Shown here one piece after another: positions 48,377-57,489 of a stretch of DNA of 57,881 nt (position 1 is its first letter; the number at the start of each line of letters is the position of its first letter). Origin of the DNA: a virus. Its lineage: Duplodnaviria; Caudoviricetes. Under the pieces are notes generated by a model. It was not told the origin of the DNA. It was given only the letters and a program-made list of their open reading frames with translations, and ran no database searches. The stretch covers positions 1 through 57,881 of IMG/VR virus record IMGVR_UViG_3300012002_000216. The stretch is one strand, 5' to 3'. A program made the position numbers and the translations under genes.

Positions 48377-48377
48377 A

Positions 48378-48620
48378 ATGAAACTTGGAGCAAAGTGTAA
48401 AGATAAAGTTTCGGGATTTGTAGGTGTCGCAGTAGCGCGTCATACGTACCTAAACGGATGTGATCGAATCACGATTCAGCCAAAGATTGACAAGAGTGGT
48501 CAACTTCCTGAACCCCAGACGTTCGATGAACCGCAGCTGGAGGTTTTAGAACAGGTTCTTGTTGAAGGGGATCGAACTGTAGGTGGTCCTGAGAAGTTCT
48601 CAGATAACCGTTCATATTGA
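48378..48620 (+). CDS. small phage hypothetical protein
   Basis: LGAKCKDKVSGFVGVAVAR..YLNGC pattern; SD GAGG. Confidence 0.75.
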   Translation: MKLGAKCKDKVSGFVGVAVARHTYLNGCDRITIQPKIDKSGQLPEPQTFDEPQLEVLEQVLVEGDRTVGGPEKFSDNRSY

Positions 48621-48621
48621 G

Positions 48622-48650
48622 TTTGCCTAATGTAATTCAAATCGTATATT
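48622..48650 (+). promoter_or_regulatory. sigma70-type promoter
   Basis: TTGCCT-N16-TATATT. Confidence 0.55.
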
Positions 48651-48656
48651 ATAGGT

Positions 48657-48736
48657 GTAGACAGAATAGCAAATATTCATCTACCTCTCCTCCTCCCTCT
48701 AGTCTCTAGCGAACGTTGTTCCTAGAGACTTTTTTA
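48657..48736 (+). ncRNA. candidate small RNA with a C-rich anti-Shine-Dalgarno tract
   Basis: Promoter, then 5' hairpin GTAGA..GAATA/TATTC..TCTAC, then CTCTCCTCCTCCCTCT, then a terminator. Confidence 0.45.
48701..48736 (+). terminator. intrinsic terminator
   Basis: AGTCTCTAG...CTAGAGACT followed by TTTTT. Confidence 0.7.
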
Positions 48737-48803
48737 TGTTTACATTCACGAATCGTAACAGTATACTAATAAGGCATATACATCTAGGAACATGAGGAGC
48801 TAT

Positions 48804-50432
48804 ATGAAAGAGTTGAAATATTCATCCGATGTGCGGCGACGGCTTTTCGTCGGTGTTGAAAAACTATCACAAGCGGTAGCCGTTACGCTCGGACCGAAGG
48901 GACGTAATGTGCTTATTGAGCGCGGGTTCGGCTCACCGTTGATGACCAAGGATGGGGTCACTGTTGCGAAAGAAGTGAAACTGTCCGATAAATATGAAAA
49001 TCTTGGTGTGCAGACAATCAAGGAAGCCGCTACCCGTACAAATGAGACTGCTGGTGATGGAACTACTACCGCTACAGTTCTTGCACATGGTATCATTGCC
49101 GAAGGGCTTAAGCTGGTAGAGGCTGGTCATGACCCTATGGAGCTTCGTCGCGGTATCGATGCTGCCATGTCCTATGCAATTGATAGTCTAGATACTATCA
49201 CACGTCCTGTTCGTGATCGTGATGACCTATTGCACATTGCTACTATCTCAGCTAACAGTGATACTGAAATAGGAGAGCACATTGCTGACGCATTTACAGC
49301 AATCGGTAAAGACGGTGTTGTAACTGTTGAAGAGTCGCGAGGGTTTGATACATATATAAATTACCTTGAAGGTATGCAGTTTGATAAGGGGTATCTTTCT
49401 CCGTACTTTGCTAACACAGATACCTTTACTGTTGAATATGATAATCCATATATTCTTCTTTCAGATCAACCCATTGTAAACGCTCAAGCCCTAGCAGGGT
49501 TATTAGAAACCGTACGACGACAGCAGAGAGGTCTTGTTCTTATTGCCCGTGATGTATCAGGAGATGCACTTACAGCTCTTGTTGTAAACAACTCACGAGG
49601 AATCATTCAAGCAGCAGCTGTTCGTGCCCCGTCCTTTGGTGATCGTCAGCGATTGATGCTAGAAGACTTGGCAATTTTGCTCGGTGGAGAAATTATCGGG
49701 CAGCATACTGGTCTTGAGTTGAGTGATGTAAAGATTGAAAATCTTGGTTCATGTGATAAGATTAAGATCACTTCACAAGAAACGATTATCATCAATGGTC
49801 ATGGAGAGAAAGAAGCGATTGATGAACGTATTGCTCTTCTACGTACAAACATCGAAGAAGAACGATCGCCCTTTCTCAAAGAACAGCATCAAGAGCGCCT
49901 TTCAAAGCTTTCAGGTGGTGTAGCAATATTACATGTTGGTGGGTCTACTGAGGTAGAGCTCATGGAACGAAAATATAGGGTTGAGGACGCTCTATCCGCT
50001 ACACGAGCAGCTATTGAAACTGGTGTTGTGCCCGGTGGTGGAGTAGCACTGTTGCGAATTGCTGAAGAGCTAGCTGCTGCCGATATAAATGGCTACTCAA
50101 GCACATATCAAGCCGGGTTTGATATTGTGCAACTTGCCATGAAGTACCCATTGCGACGAATTGCGTCCAACGCAGGTACCTCAGCGGATGTTATCATTGA
50201 TAAGATCTTAACCAAAGAAGAGTTCGGGTATGGATGGGACGCTAAAAATGGCGTCTTTGGTTATATGTATGATATGGGTATTATTGACCCAGCTAAGGTC
50301 GCTGTATCAGCAATTCGTAATGCTTGTTCTGTTGCAGGAACGTTTCTAACTACAGAGTGCGCTATTGTAGACGTATCTAATATCACAGTCACGTCTAACA
50401 ACGAACTTCCGTTGTCAGATATGGGAATGTAG
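48804..50432 (+). CDS. groEL: chaperonin GroEL (phage-encoded)
   Basis: VTLGPKGRNV, TKDGVTVAKE, AGDGTTTATVLA, EGMQFDKGY.SPYF, RVEDAL.ATRAA, VVPGGG, GIIDP.KV; ATG 48804 after GAGGAG. Confidence 0.97.
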   Translation: MKELKYSSDVRRRLFVGVEKLSQAVAVTLGPKGRNVLIERGFGSPLMTKDGVTVAKEVKLSDKYENLGVQTIKEAATRTNETAGDGTTTATVLAHGIIAEGLKLVEAGHDPMELRRGIDAAMSYAIDSLDTITRPVRDRDDLLHIATISANSDTEIGEHIADAFTAIGKDGVVTVEESRGFDTYINYLEGMQFDKGYLSPYFANTDTFTVEYDNPYILLSDQPIVNAQALAGLLETVRRQQRGLVLIARDVSGDALTALVVNNSRGIIQAAAVRAPSFGDRQRLMLEDLAILLGGEIIGQHTGLELSDVKIENLGSCDKIKITSQETIIINGHGEKEAIDERIALLRTNIEEERSPFLKEQHQERLSKLSGGVAILHVGGSTEVELMERKYRVEDALSATRAAIETGVVPGGGVALLRIAEELAAADINGYSSTYQAGFDIVQLAMKYPLRRIASNAGTSADVIIDKILTKEEFGYGWDAKNGVFGYMYDMGIIDPAKVAVSAIRNACSVAGTFLTTECAIVDVSNITVTSNNELPLSDMGM

Positions 50433-50435
50433 TAT

Positions 50436-50723
50436 ATGGTTACCAATACTGAGAGTCGAGGGAAGTCAGCAGTACCTACTTCTTTTTTCCAATGCCGGGT
50501 ATCACCCTACATAAAACGAATAACGAAGAAGTATCCTATCAACTATGATTCGGCGCTAATCTTTCCAACGCGAGAGATGGCGTCAACGTATATGCCTATG
50601 TTTATTAAAAAGCTGTATGAGGATGGTTTTCTTGAAGAAAAGCAAGACTATGAGACTAAAATCATTCAGCTAGCAACGTATATTCCAGAAATGCAAGAAT
50701 CAGGAGGAGTCCAACATGAGTGA
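50436..50723 (+). CDS. hypothetical protein
   Basis: 95-aa ORF, in frame with groEL across TAG-TAT; start uncertain. Confidence 0.6.
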   Translation: MVTNTESRGKSAVPTSFFQCRVSPYIKRITKKYPINYDSALIFPTREMASTYMPMFIKKLYEDGFLEEKQDYETKIIQLATYIPEMQESGGVQHE

Positions 50724-51141
50724 CAATCCAAATGCGGATTATGATACTCTACTAGACGAAAAGAAAGCCGTCTTTCCGAGTATGTATGAAGAAGCGATGG
50801 CACAACTTGCCGACGATTATGATTTCCCGCACGCTCTCCAGGAGCGCCTAATTGCTAAGAGAGCGTTTGGTCTTAAGAAGTACGGTGAACGAGCATTTCA
50901 AGCTTCAATTGAGAATGCGGTAGCGTCCCCGGTAGCAGCCCATCTTGGGGATGAGCTAGTGGATGCTTTCAACTATGCACTACATGGGTACTATATAGCG
51001 AATATGACAATGGATGATCCGCTCCGTAAGTCATACGACAAGATGATAGGAGCTCTTCTAGATGTATTAGCAGTTCTTACCGAAGTTCGCGGCGTTGTTC
51101 AGAGTGCGGATGAGAAGGAAGCTCTTGCATGGACGGAGTAG
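50716..51141 (+). CDS. all-alpha NTP pyrophosphohydrolase-like (MazG superfamily) protein
   Basis: R.FGLKKYG...HLGDELVDAFNY; SD GGAGGAG. Confidence 0.5.
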   Translation: MSDNPNADYDTLLDEKKAVFPSMYEEAMAQLADDYDFPHALQERLIAKRAFGLKKYGERAFQASIENAVASPVAAHLGDELVDAFNYALHGYYIANMTMDDPLRKSYDKMIGALLDVLAVLTEVRGVVQSADEKEALAWTE

Positions 51142-51449
51142 CTGCCACACCGACAAGTATAGTGCACCCGCTTATCTTTGGTCTACGTAACCCTGAGTTT
51201 GCTTCTACCATAGAACATATGCATAAGCTAAACCCCGGGTATGTTGTTGATGCTACAGACCCACAAGCTCCTGCATTGTTACGTCATTGTTTATGTGGCG
51301 AAAAAGAGTTCATTTATTTAGAGGAATGGTTAGACGGAGATCAACCACCTCAATATCGGTACAAATGCGCGACATGTGGTGCCGCTACAGAGTGGACCCC
51401 TTCACGAGCCAATGCGCAGCAACTCTGGAACACGCTTCAGACTAATTGA
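51129..51449 (+). CDS. Lar-like zinc-ribbon protein
   Basis: CLCG...YKCATCGA......NAQQLWN. Confidence 0.5.
   Translation: MDGVAATPTSIVHPLIFGLRNPEFASTIEHMHKLNPGYVVDATDPQAPALLRHCLCGEKEFIYLEEWLDGDQPPQYRYKCATCGAATEWTPSRANAQQLWNTLQTN
51441..51447 (+). promoter_or_regulatory. ACTAATT putative late promoter (upstream of the NUDIX-lysis genes)
   Basis: At a gene junction, before ATG 51467. Confidence 0.5.
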
Positions 51450-51466
51450 AAAGGAAAGCGTATAAA

Positions 51467-51709
51467 ATGGTTCGGTATAAAATAGAGCATTCCTTCGAGA
51501 AAGAGGATCATGTATATATAGAAAAAGCCTCTTCAGTGACAATGCTGTATTATGCTTCAAATCGTGGTAAGTTTCAATGTCCTTGCCTTTGGAAGAAGGA
51601 ATACGGTACTGTTATCGACACGCACGGAAATTACATCTATTGCAAGCATGATGAGAATCCTACGCGCATCTCAGCGTTCTATTATCGAGATGTCCAACTA
51701 GTGGAGTAG
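51467..51709 (+). CDS. small hypothetical protein
   Basis: ATG 51467 after AAGGA; ORF track start at TTG 51446 is also possible. Confidence 0.55.
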   Translation: MVRYKIEHSFEKEDHVYIEKASSVTMLYYASNRGKFQCPCLWKKEYGTVIDTHGNYIYCKHDENPTRISAFYYRDVQLVE

Positions 51710-51710
51710 T

Positions 51711-52169
51711 TTGATGCCCAAAGAAAAAGAGCTTTCGGTTGGGACTATCTTGACCGATGGAATATCGATGCTAGCCTGTCAACCATTCAGTCGTAAGGGG
51801 CGCCCTGGTAACTACGATATTCCTAAAGGGCATTTAGAGAAAGGAGAGTCACCTCTTGAAACTGCTCTTCGCGAGATGCAAGAAGAGACGGGGTTTTATA
51901 TTACACATCCCGAGCAAATGATTGATCTAGGTGAATATAGCTACATTCCCACCAAAAACCTCCATGTGTTCTTTTATGACATAGATGCTGTTCCAGAGCC
52001 TGACACCCTAAAATGTTCAACGTACTTTACGTATAGAGGCCGTGAGGTGCCTGAAGTCATTGGGTACCGACATGTTGCTATAGATGACTTGCAATGGTTC
52101 TTTCCATCGTTACAATCTGTATTATCAGAAGCATTCGATAATCTAATAACCATATTAGAAGAGGAGTAA
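51711..52169 (+). CDS. NUDIX hydrolase
   Basis: PKGHLEKGESPLETALREMQEETG. Confidence 0.9.
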   Translation: MMPKEKELSVGTILTDGISMLACQPFSRKGRPGNYDIPKGHLEKGESPLETALREMQEETGFYITHPEQMIDLGEYSYIPTKNLHVFFYDIDAVPEPDTLKCSTYFTYRGREVPEVIGYRHVAIDDLQWFFPSLQSVLSEAFDNLITILEEE

Positions 52170-52174
52170 GAGGT

Positions 52175-53260
52175 ATGTTTGAAATTATTAAGCGTCTGGC
52201 ACGACAAAAGCGAGAGCGATCGCTTGTTAAGACTAGGGAAAAGACGGATTCTAAGTCTACGCAACAAGCGAACAAGAGTAAGCCTCGTAAAGAGACTGCG
52301 GAGAAGAAGCCTACAGAGGCTAAGACAGAGGTGAAACGTCGTAAAGAAGCGGCTACGCAGAAGCCAAAAAAGGAAACTACCGAGCGCAAGCCGACAGAAA
52401 ATGATACAGTCGAGAAGCCTCCTTCTATTGAAGATGAGCCTCATGTCATTTCCAAAGGAAAAGAGCCAGTTCGCTCTTCTGTATTAGATAAGTTCTTAGA
52501 CACATATGACCCCGAGGGCAACCTTGAGTTTAACAGTCTGCAATTTCGTAAAGGCGCACGAATCACAGTTCCTTTTGGCCTAGAGAATGGGTTCAAGATG
52601 ATAGACGGGCAAATGGTTTGGGGCTACGTTAGACTACATGCTGGTGTTGATCGCGCTGGTGGTGGTACCGCAGAGTATCCTCAAGGGGATATTCCTGATG
52701 TTGTTCAAGTTCCTTTTCATGCTCATCGTTCTTATATATATGAATATGGTGATACATCGTATGGAACGCTCGTTGTCTTATATAATGACACATATAAGTT
52801 TGAATTTCGTATCGCTCACATGAACCCAAACCAAGATACTCGCAAACACAATGAAAAAGGACCGCTTACTAGTTGGTCTTATAATCGTCTAAAACAACGT
52901 CGCCCTTTTGAACGAAATACGTCACTAGGTTCTGCTGGCTCCTGGGGGCACTCTACCGGTGCGCATACACACACCGAGATCAAATCATATGAACCGAAGT
53001 GTGAAGTACTTGAGCAATTACTTCATGAACTCTATGGTTCTGCGGGAACTGAAGAGTATACTAAAGAAGACGTAATCGCTGCCTATCGGCGACAGCGCAA
53101 CTATACCAATGCATCTTCGGATACGATCTTGCGCGACTACGCCCAGCTTCGAGAAGATAAGAAGACCATTCTTCTCAACCCATATAAGTGTGAGTACGTT
53201 GACTGGGATGGCTCACTAAAGACACGCTACTCTACCGAATTGCTATTCAATGGGCTATAG
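52175..53260 (+). CDS. M23-family peptidase, probable endolysin
   Basis: HAGVD (HxxxD), YG..V, AHM, STGAHTH (HxH); K/E/T-rich disordered N-terminus. Confidence 0.8.
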   Translation: MFEIIKRLARQKRERSLVKTREKTDSKSTQQANKSKPRKETAEKKPTEAKTEVKRRKEAATQKPKKETTERKPTENDTVEKPPSIEDEPHVISKGKEPVRSSVLDKFLDTYDPEGNLEFNSLQFRKGARITVPFGLENGFKMIDGQMVWGYVRLHAGVDRAGGGTAEYPQGDIPDVVQVPFHAHRSYIYEYGDTSYGTLVVLYNDTYKFEFRIAHMNPNQDTRKHNEKGPLTSWSYNRLKQRRPFERNTSLGSAGSWGHSTGAHTHTEIKSYEPKCEVLEQLLHELYGSAGTEEYTKEDVIAAYRRQRNYTNASSDTILRDYAQLREDKKTILLNPYKCEYVDWDGSLKTRYSTELLFNGL

Positions 53261-53262
53261 AC

Positions 53263-53490
53263 ATGCTTGAAATTATATGGACGATAGTCCAATGGTATGC
53301 CGCCATTGGACTACTTCTTTCTATCGCTACATTCATTGGTTCTGCTGAGCCCTCCTTCCACCTCTCGCTAACAGAGCGAGTACTTATTGCCTTACGAGCT
53401 ATATATCTATGGCCATTGGCGATCTTCTCTATTCTTTATGATATGATAGCCGATCGTGCAGCAGCCTCTAGAAAGCTCCAAAAGAAGTGA
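53263..53490 (+). CDS. small two-TM membrane protein, possible holin
   Basis: Two hydrophobic segments and a basic C-terminus, directly after the endolysin. Confidence 0.45.
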   Translation: MLEIIWTIVQWYAAIGLLLSIATFIGSAEPSFHLSLTERVLIALRAIYLWPLAIFSILYDMIADRAAASRKLQKK

Positions 53491-53529
53491 TTGGCTATCT
53501 CCATTCTTAGTAAGGTATATTAACCATAC

Positions 53530-55596
53530 ATGATTACGCTACAACGATTGACACTTGAGAATTTCATGAACATTGAGTCTGCGGACCTAGACCTAGCTTC
53601 CTCTTATCTGAATATTTTTACAGGTCCCAATGGAGCAGGTAAATCCTCTTTGATAGAGGCAATTGCTACATGCTTTACCGAACGACGTCGAGGTGACTCG
53701 TTTAAGGATTTTATCAAGCATGGTAGCACGAATGCTAAAATACATCTTGAAGCGATGTACAATCAGAATCCCGTTACGTTCGATGTTGAGCTAATCAATA
53801 AGTCAGGATACCCGCCAACAAAACGTCAGATCACCTATAAGGGTATAACGTACAAAAATTCGGAGTGCTCCCCTCTGTTGGAGTCCTTTGGGCTAGATTA
53901 TTTACAGCATATCATGTTCTCTCTTCAAGGGGAGAATAACGTTGTGGATCTCAAGCCTGCAGAACGTACGAAAGTACTAAAGCGTATTTTCGACTTTGAA
54001 TTGAAGCCGCAAGTAGACGCTCTAGAAAACCGCATGAGCCAGGACGAACAGGCACTACTAGTAGCACAGACTCAATTCGATACCTTGTCTGCTCGTGAAT
54101 TCACCCCACAGCAAGAAAAGAAAGAGCTTTCACCTACTCAAATCAAGCGCTACGAAATGGGGCTTGAAGAGGTTGAGAGAAAGCTCAAAGAAGTGGAGCA
54201 GCGGGCATTTCAGGCCTCTACAGTACAGAAGGACATTGACAATGTTGATGGACGAATAGCCTCATTAGAAGACCAGATTACTTCTGCTCAACAAACTATT
54301 GAAAAGCTCACGTCAGACATCGCAGCTCTTCAAACTGATATTACAACGTATACCACCAATGTTGATGAGCTCGAATTAGACGAAACGATTCAGACTCAAA
54401 TCGACGAAAAGACAGAGAACATCGCCTCTCTTACTGCTCTCGTAGAGCAAAATGAGCGGTTGATCGCTGAAAAGCAAGACGCTCTTGATTCAGTTTATCC
54501 AAAGATAGTCGAACTGACAACGCATATTGAAGCACATAAGAAAGGCTCCTGTCCAACATGCGGGCAGGCGACGCAACCAGAGTCAGTACCTGAAATGGAG
54601 AAGGATAAGGAACAACTAGCTACTGAACGAGCTGCGCTTCAAACTGAGCAAACACAACTACAACAATCACGAGAAGACTCCCGACGTACTGTTACGCGAT
54701 TAGAGAACGAAATTGCTAATCATAAACAAGCTCTCATTAGCAACAAGCGCACTAGAGAACAATATGATCAGTTTATCTCTCGTATGCAAAACGATATTGT
54801 AACGCATAACCAGCGTATAGCTGATCTGCAAAACAATATCGTATCGTTAGAAGCTACGCTTGCCAATACTCGGCAAGAACGGTCTGACCTTGTTCAATCC
54901 CAGCAAGAGGTTGAGGTTGATATTGACCAGCTATATACCGATCGTACGCGTCTAAGAAAGGCTCTAGAAGATGATAAAGTTACTAAAGCACTTAATGCAT
55001 CCATTCGACAGCAAAATGCTGAGTTAGAGACAGAGAAAGTTCAAGTTGAAGAACAACTGCAAGAGCTTATTGATCTTCAAAATAAGCTGTCTGCTAGTCT
55101 TAATCATTGTCGTGATGCAAAACGAATTCTATCAGTGGATCTTCCTAATTACATCATCGTGAAGGCGTGCTCAAAGCTCGAAAAGCACATCAATAGCTTC
55201 ATAGCAAATGTGAAGCCAGGAATGGTAGTACGACTACTTCAGAATAAACGAGGTGTTGATTTCTTCTATTCTCCAAAAGGGGAGGACACTGATGTCAATG
55301 AATGGATGTCTACGAAGATGGCATCGGGGTTTGAACGCGAGCTGCTATCAGCCGCGTGGAGGGTGGCTCTTGCGAAAGCATATAGCCTCGATATCCTAGT
55401 ATTAGATGAAATAGATAGTGCTGCATCGGTACAGGCATCGGAGAAGATGTTCCGTGAAATCGCTACTCTAGAAGGCTTTGAGCAGTTGATTATCATATCG
55501 CATAAACCAGAGGTGGTCGATGCTGTAAGAATGGAGACCGATCGTATTTCCGCCTATACAGTAGAAGGTGGAACCTTCACTCTCCAAGATTACTAA
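53530..55596 (+). CDS. Rad50/SbcC-like recombination ATPase (gp46-like)
   Basis: Walker A GPNGAGKS, Q-loop SLQG, zinc hook CPTCG, signature ASGFE, Walker B VLDEID, H-loop ISH. Confidence 0.92.
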   Translation: MITLQRLTLENFMNIESADLDLASSYLNIFTGPNGAGKSSLIEAIATCFTERRRGDSFKDFIKHGSTNAKIHLEAMYNQNPVTFDVELINKSGYPPTKRQITYKGITYKNSECSPLLESFGLDYLQHIMFSLQGENNVVDLKPAERTKVLKRIFDFELKPQVDALENRMSQDEQALLVAQTQFDTLSAREFTPQQEKKELSPTQIKRYEMGLEEVERKLKEVEQRAFQASTVQKDIDNVDGRIASLEDQITSAQQTIEKLTSDIAALQTDITTYTTNVDELELDETIQTQIDEKTENIASLTALVEQNERLIAEKQDALDSVYPKIVELTTHIEAHKKGSCPTCGQATQPESVPEMEKDKEQLATERAALQTEQTQLQQSREDSRRTVTRLENEIANHKQALISNKRTREQYDQFISRMQNDIVTHNQRIADLQNNIVSLEATLANTRQERSDLVQSQQEVEVDIDQLYTDRTRLRKALEDDKVTKALNASIRQQNAELETEKVQVEEQLQELIDLQNKLSASLNHCRDAKRILSVDLPNYIIVKACSKLEKHINSFIANVKPGMVVRLLQNKRGVDFFYSPKGEDTDVNEWMSTKMASGFERELLSAAWRVALAKAYSLDILVLDEIDSAASVQASEKMFREIATLEGFEQLIIISHKPEVVDAVRMETDRISAYTVEGGTFTLQDY

Positions 55597-55598
55597 TT
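55592..55598 (+). promoter_or_regulatory. ACTAATT putative late promoter
   Basis: Contains the TAA stop of the Rad50-like gene; precedes 55615. Confidence 0.65.
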
Positions 55599-55614
55599 AG
55601 AGAGGGAGTAGTGA

Positions 55615-56322
55615 ATGGCACAACTATTTTATGAAGGGCGTAATCTCCAGGACGATGTTGAGGAGTTTATTGAAACTCTTCTCAATCAAGGATATGATCG
55701 AAAAGAAATTGTTGATCGAATCACCCAGCTCTTTCCGGGCTTCGATATTGCGCTTGCGTCTGAGGCATATGAAGAATACGAGAAGGATAATGATCCAGCG
55801 AACGAAGAAGCAACATCTGGGGATATTGAACGTTTTATAGATGACCTAGAAGCGGATGGATTTCCTCATGACGAAGCAGTTGAGAAAGCAATGAAGCGCT
55901 ACAAACTAACAGCGCAGGAGATTGAAAGTATGACAGAGAGTAATAAGCGTAAACCACGCACCACCGAACGAGCAGCAGCTCTTAGCTATCTTGATAAGCT
56001 AGAGTCAGCAGTTAATCAGTTTCAGGAAGCATACCCGGAAATGGGAGCTCTTAGTGACGACGATGTTGACGATGAAGATATCGTCGACCTCGACGATGAG
56101 ACCCCAGCGCTTAATGATACTGAAGATGACTTTGATATGGAGAGTGCAGCTCGACGCTTAAACGATCTTGTACAGGATGAAGAGTGGGACGAAGAAGATG
56201 CTGCTATATACATTATTGAAACAGAAGCAGCTCACCTTTTTGATACCGAAGAAGAAGAAACTGCCTTGATCGGCGAACTTCTCGACACTGCATATGAGGT
56301 GAATTTGACTGAAGGAGAGTAG
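55615..56322 (+). CDS. highly acidic protein, probable virion-internal protein
   Basis: D/E-rich with repeated helical units; MTES and LTEG motifs; late motif upstream. Confidence 0.6.
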   Translation: MAQLFYEGRNLQDDVEEFIETLLNQGYDRKEIVDRITQLFPGFDIALASEAYEEYEKDNDPANEEATSGDIERFIDDLEADGFPHDEAVEKAMKRYKLTAQEIESMTESNKRKPRTTERAAALSYLDKLESAVNQFQEAYPEMGALSDDDVDDEDIVDLDDETPALNDTEDDFDMESAARRLNDLVQDEEWDEEDAAIYIIETEAAHLFDTEEEETALIGELLDTAYEVNLTEGE

Positions 56323-56324
56323 AC

Positions 56325-56540
56325 TCACTCATCCTCATCAGGTTCAGCGAACATAACATCTTGACACGTCTGGCAAAGACCAGTGATCGAGTATTCACGA
56401 CGAGATATCTCGTCTACAAAATCCTTTTCATATACAGGGTTCTGACACATAGGACAGAGCCCTAGTTGTGTATACATTGCCTCTACGCGGAAGTCTGGAT
56501 GTTGGAATAATGGTCTGCTAATGTCGGGTTTTGGCAACAT
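56325..56540 (-). CDS. small zinc-finger protein
   Basis: CPMC...DEISRREYSITGLCQTCQD; SD GGAGG. Confidence 0.75.
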   Translation of the reverse strand: MLPKPDISRPLFQHPDFRVEAMYTQLGLCPMCQNPVYEKDFVDEISRREYSITGLCQTCQDVMFAEPDEDE

Positions 56541-56552
56541 ATATGCCTCCTA

Positions 56553-56735
56553 TCAGTACTGTGCTTCGTCTGCCTCTTCATCAATATCTTGTTCATAGTA
56601 ATCAAAAAGTGCAGACTCTACCATATCATATGTCAAGTCATCAATAGCAACTCCACGCCACATCTGGAGCACCGCCGCTCCTACTATTGTGATAGCTATG
56701 TCATGCTCTTTAGCTACTTGAGCTATTGCACTCAT
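56553..56735 (-). CDS. small acidic hypothetical protein
   Basis: 60-aa ORF packed in operon. Confidence 0.55.
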   Translation of the reverse strand: MSAIAQVAKEHDIAITIVGAAVLQMWRGVAIDDLTYDMVESALFDYYEQDIDEEADEAQY

Positions 56736-56737
56736 TG

Positions 56738-57472
56738 TTAAATTCCATGTACGTCTGAGTCTTGATATGGTACGTTCTCTACCGAAAATATCTCGCCTTG
56801 GATATCAATTGAACCACTTACGTTATGTGATCGTACTGACGCGCGATTACTCATTGAGATGTATTCACTATCGTCTGTTTCATAGTCGAGGTTGGTGAAG
56901 TCGAAATCCCGTAATTGATCGTATGTAAAGTCATATTTTTCAAGGAGGGCCTCTGTAAGAGCGTAGACTTCAGGTCCTTCCTGCTGTGCTTCATCGATAA
57001 TAGCCTTAGTAAGTTGCATTTTCTTGGCTCTTTGTTTCTGGTCTATGGCGTCTTCCGCTGAAAGTTTCTTGACAGTAAAGTTGTCACCAAAGCGACGCTG
57101 CTCGGCATCTCGCTCTTTACGCTTGCGCATTGCGTATGCTTTTGCCTTCTCTTTATCATCGAATATCTTTATAACGTCCTTCAATACAGGCTTACGTGTC
57201 TCTTGATCCCGACGAGTTGAGTATACAGCGTATGTGATCTCTGTTTCTTCCCCATACCATGCTTTAGGAGATCGATTGCTAGATGTTTCTCTGACACGAC
57301 GACGTTGCCGTACTGCACGTTCAAGATCGGCCTTAGTTACATTGCGGTTGGCTACGCGCAGGTCAACGGCAATTTCTGCAACATCTTCATATAGAAGACC
57401 AAACTTTTCAGAAACATCTGCAGCCGCTGTGGCTAACGCCTCGTACTCTTTCAAATCATCATATCCACTCAT
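56738..57472 (-). CDS. hypothetical protein (late, possibly virion-internal)
   Basis: 244 aa, SD GGAG, ACTAATT upstream. Confidence 0.7.
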   Translation of the reverse strand: MSGYDDLKEYEALATAAADVSEKFGLLYEDVAEIAVDLRVANRNVTKADLERAVRQRRRVRETSSNRSPKAWYGEETEITYAVYSTRRDQETRKPVLKDVIKIFDDKEKAKAYAMRKRKERDAEQRRFGDNFTVKKLSAEDAIDQKQRAKKMQLTKAIIDEAQQEGPEVYALTEALLEKYDFTYDQLRDFDFTNLDYETDDSEYISMSNRASVRSHNVSGSIDIQGEIFSVENVPYQDSDVHGI

Positions 57473-57489
57473 TCGTATCTCCTATGTTT

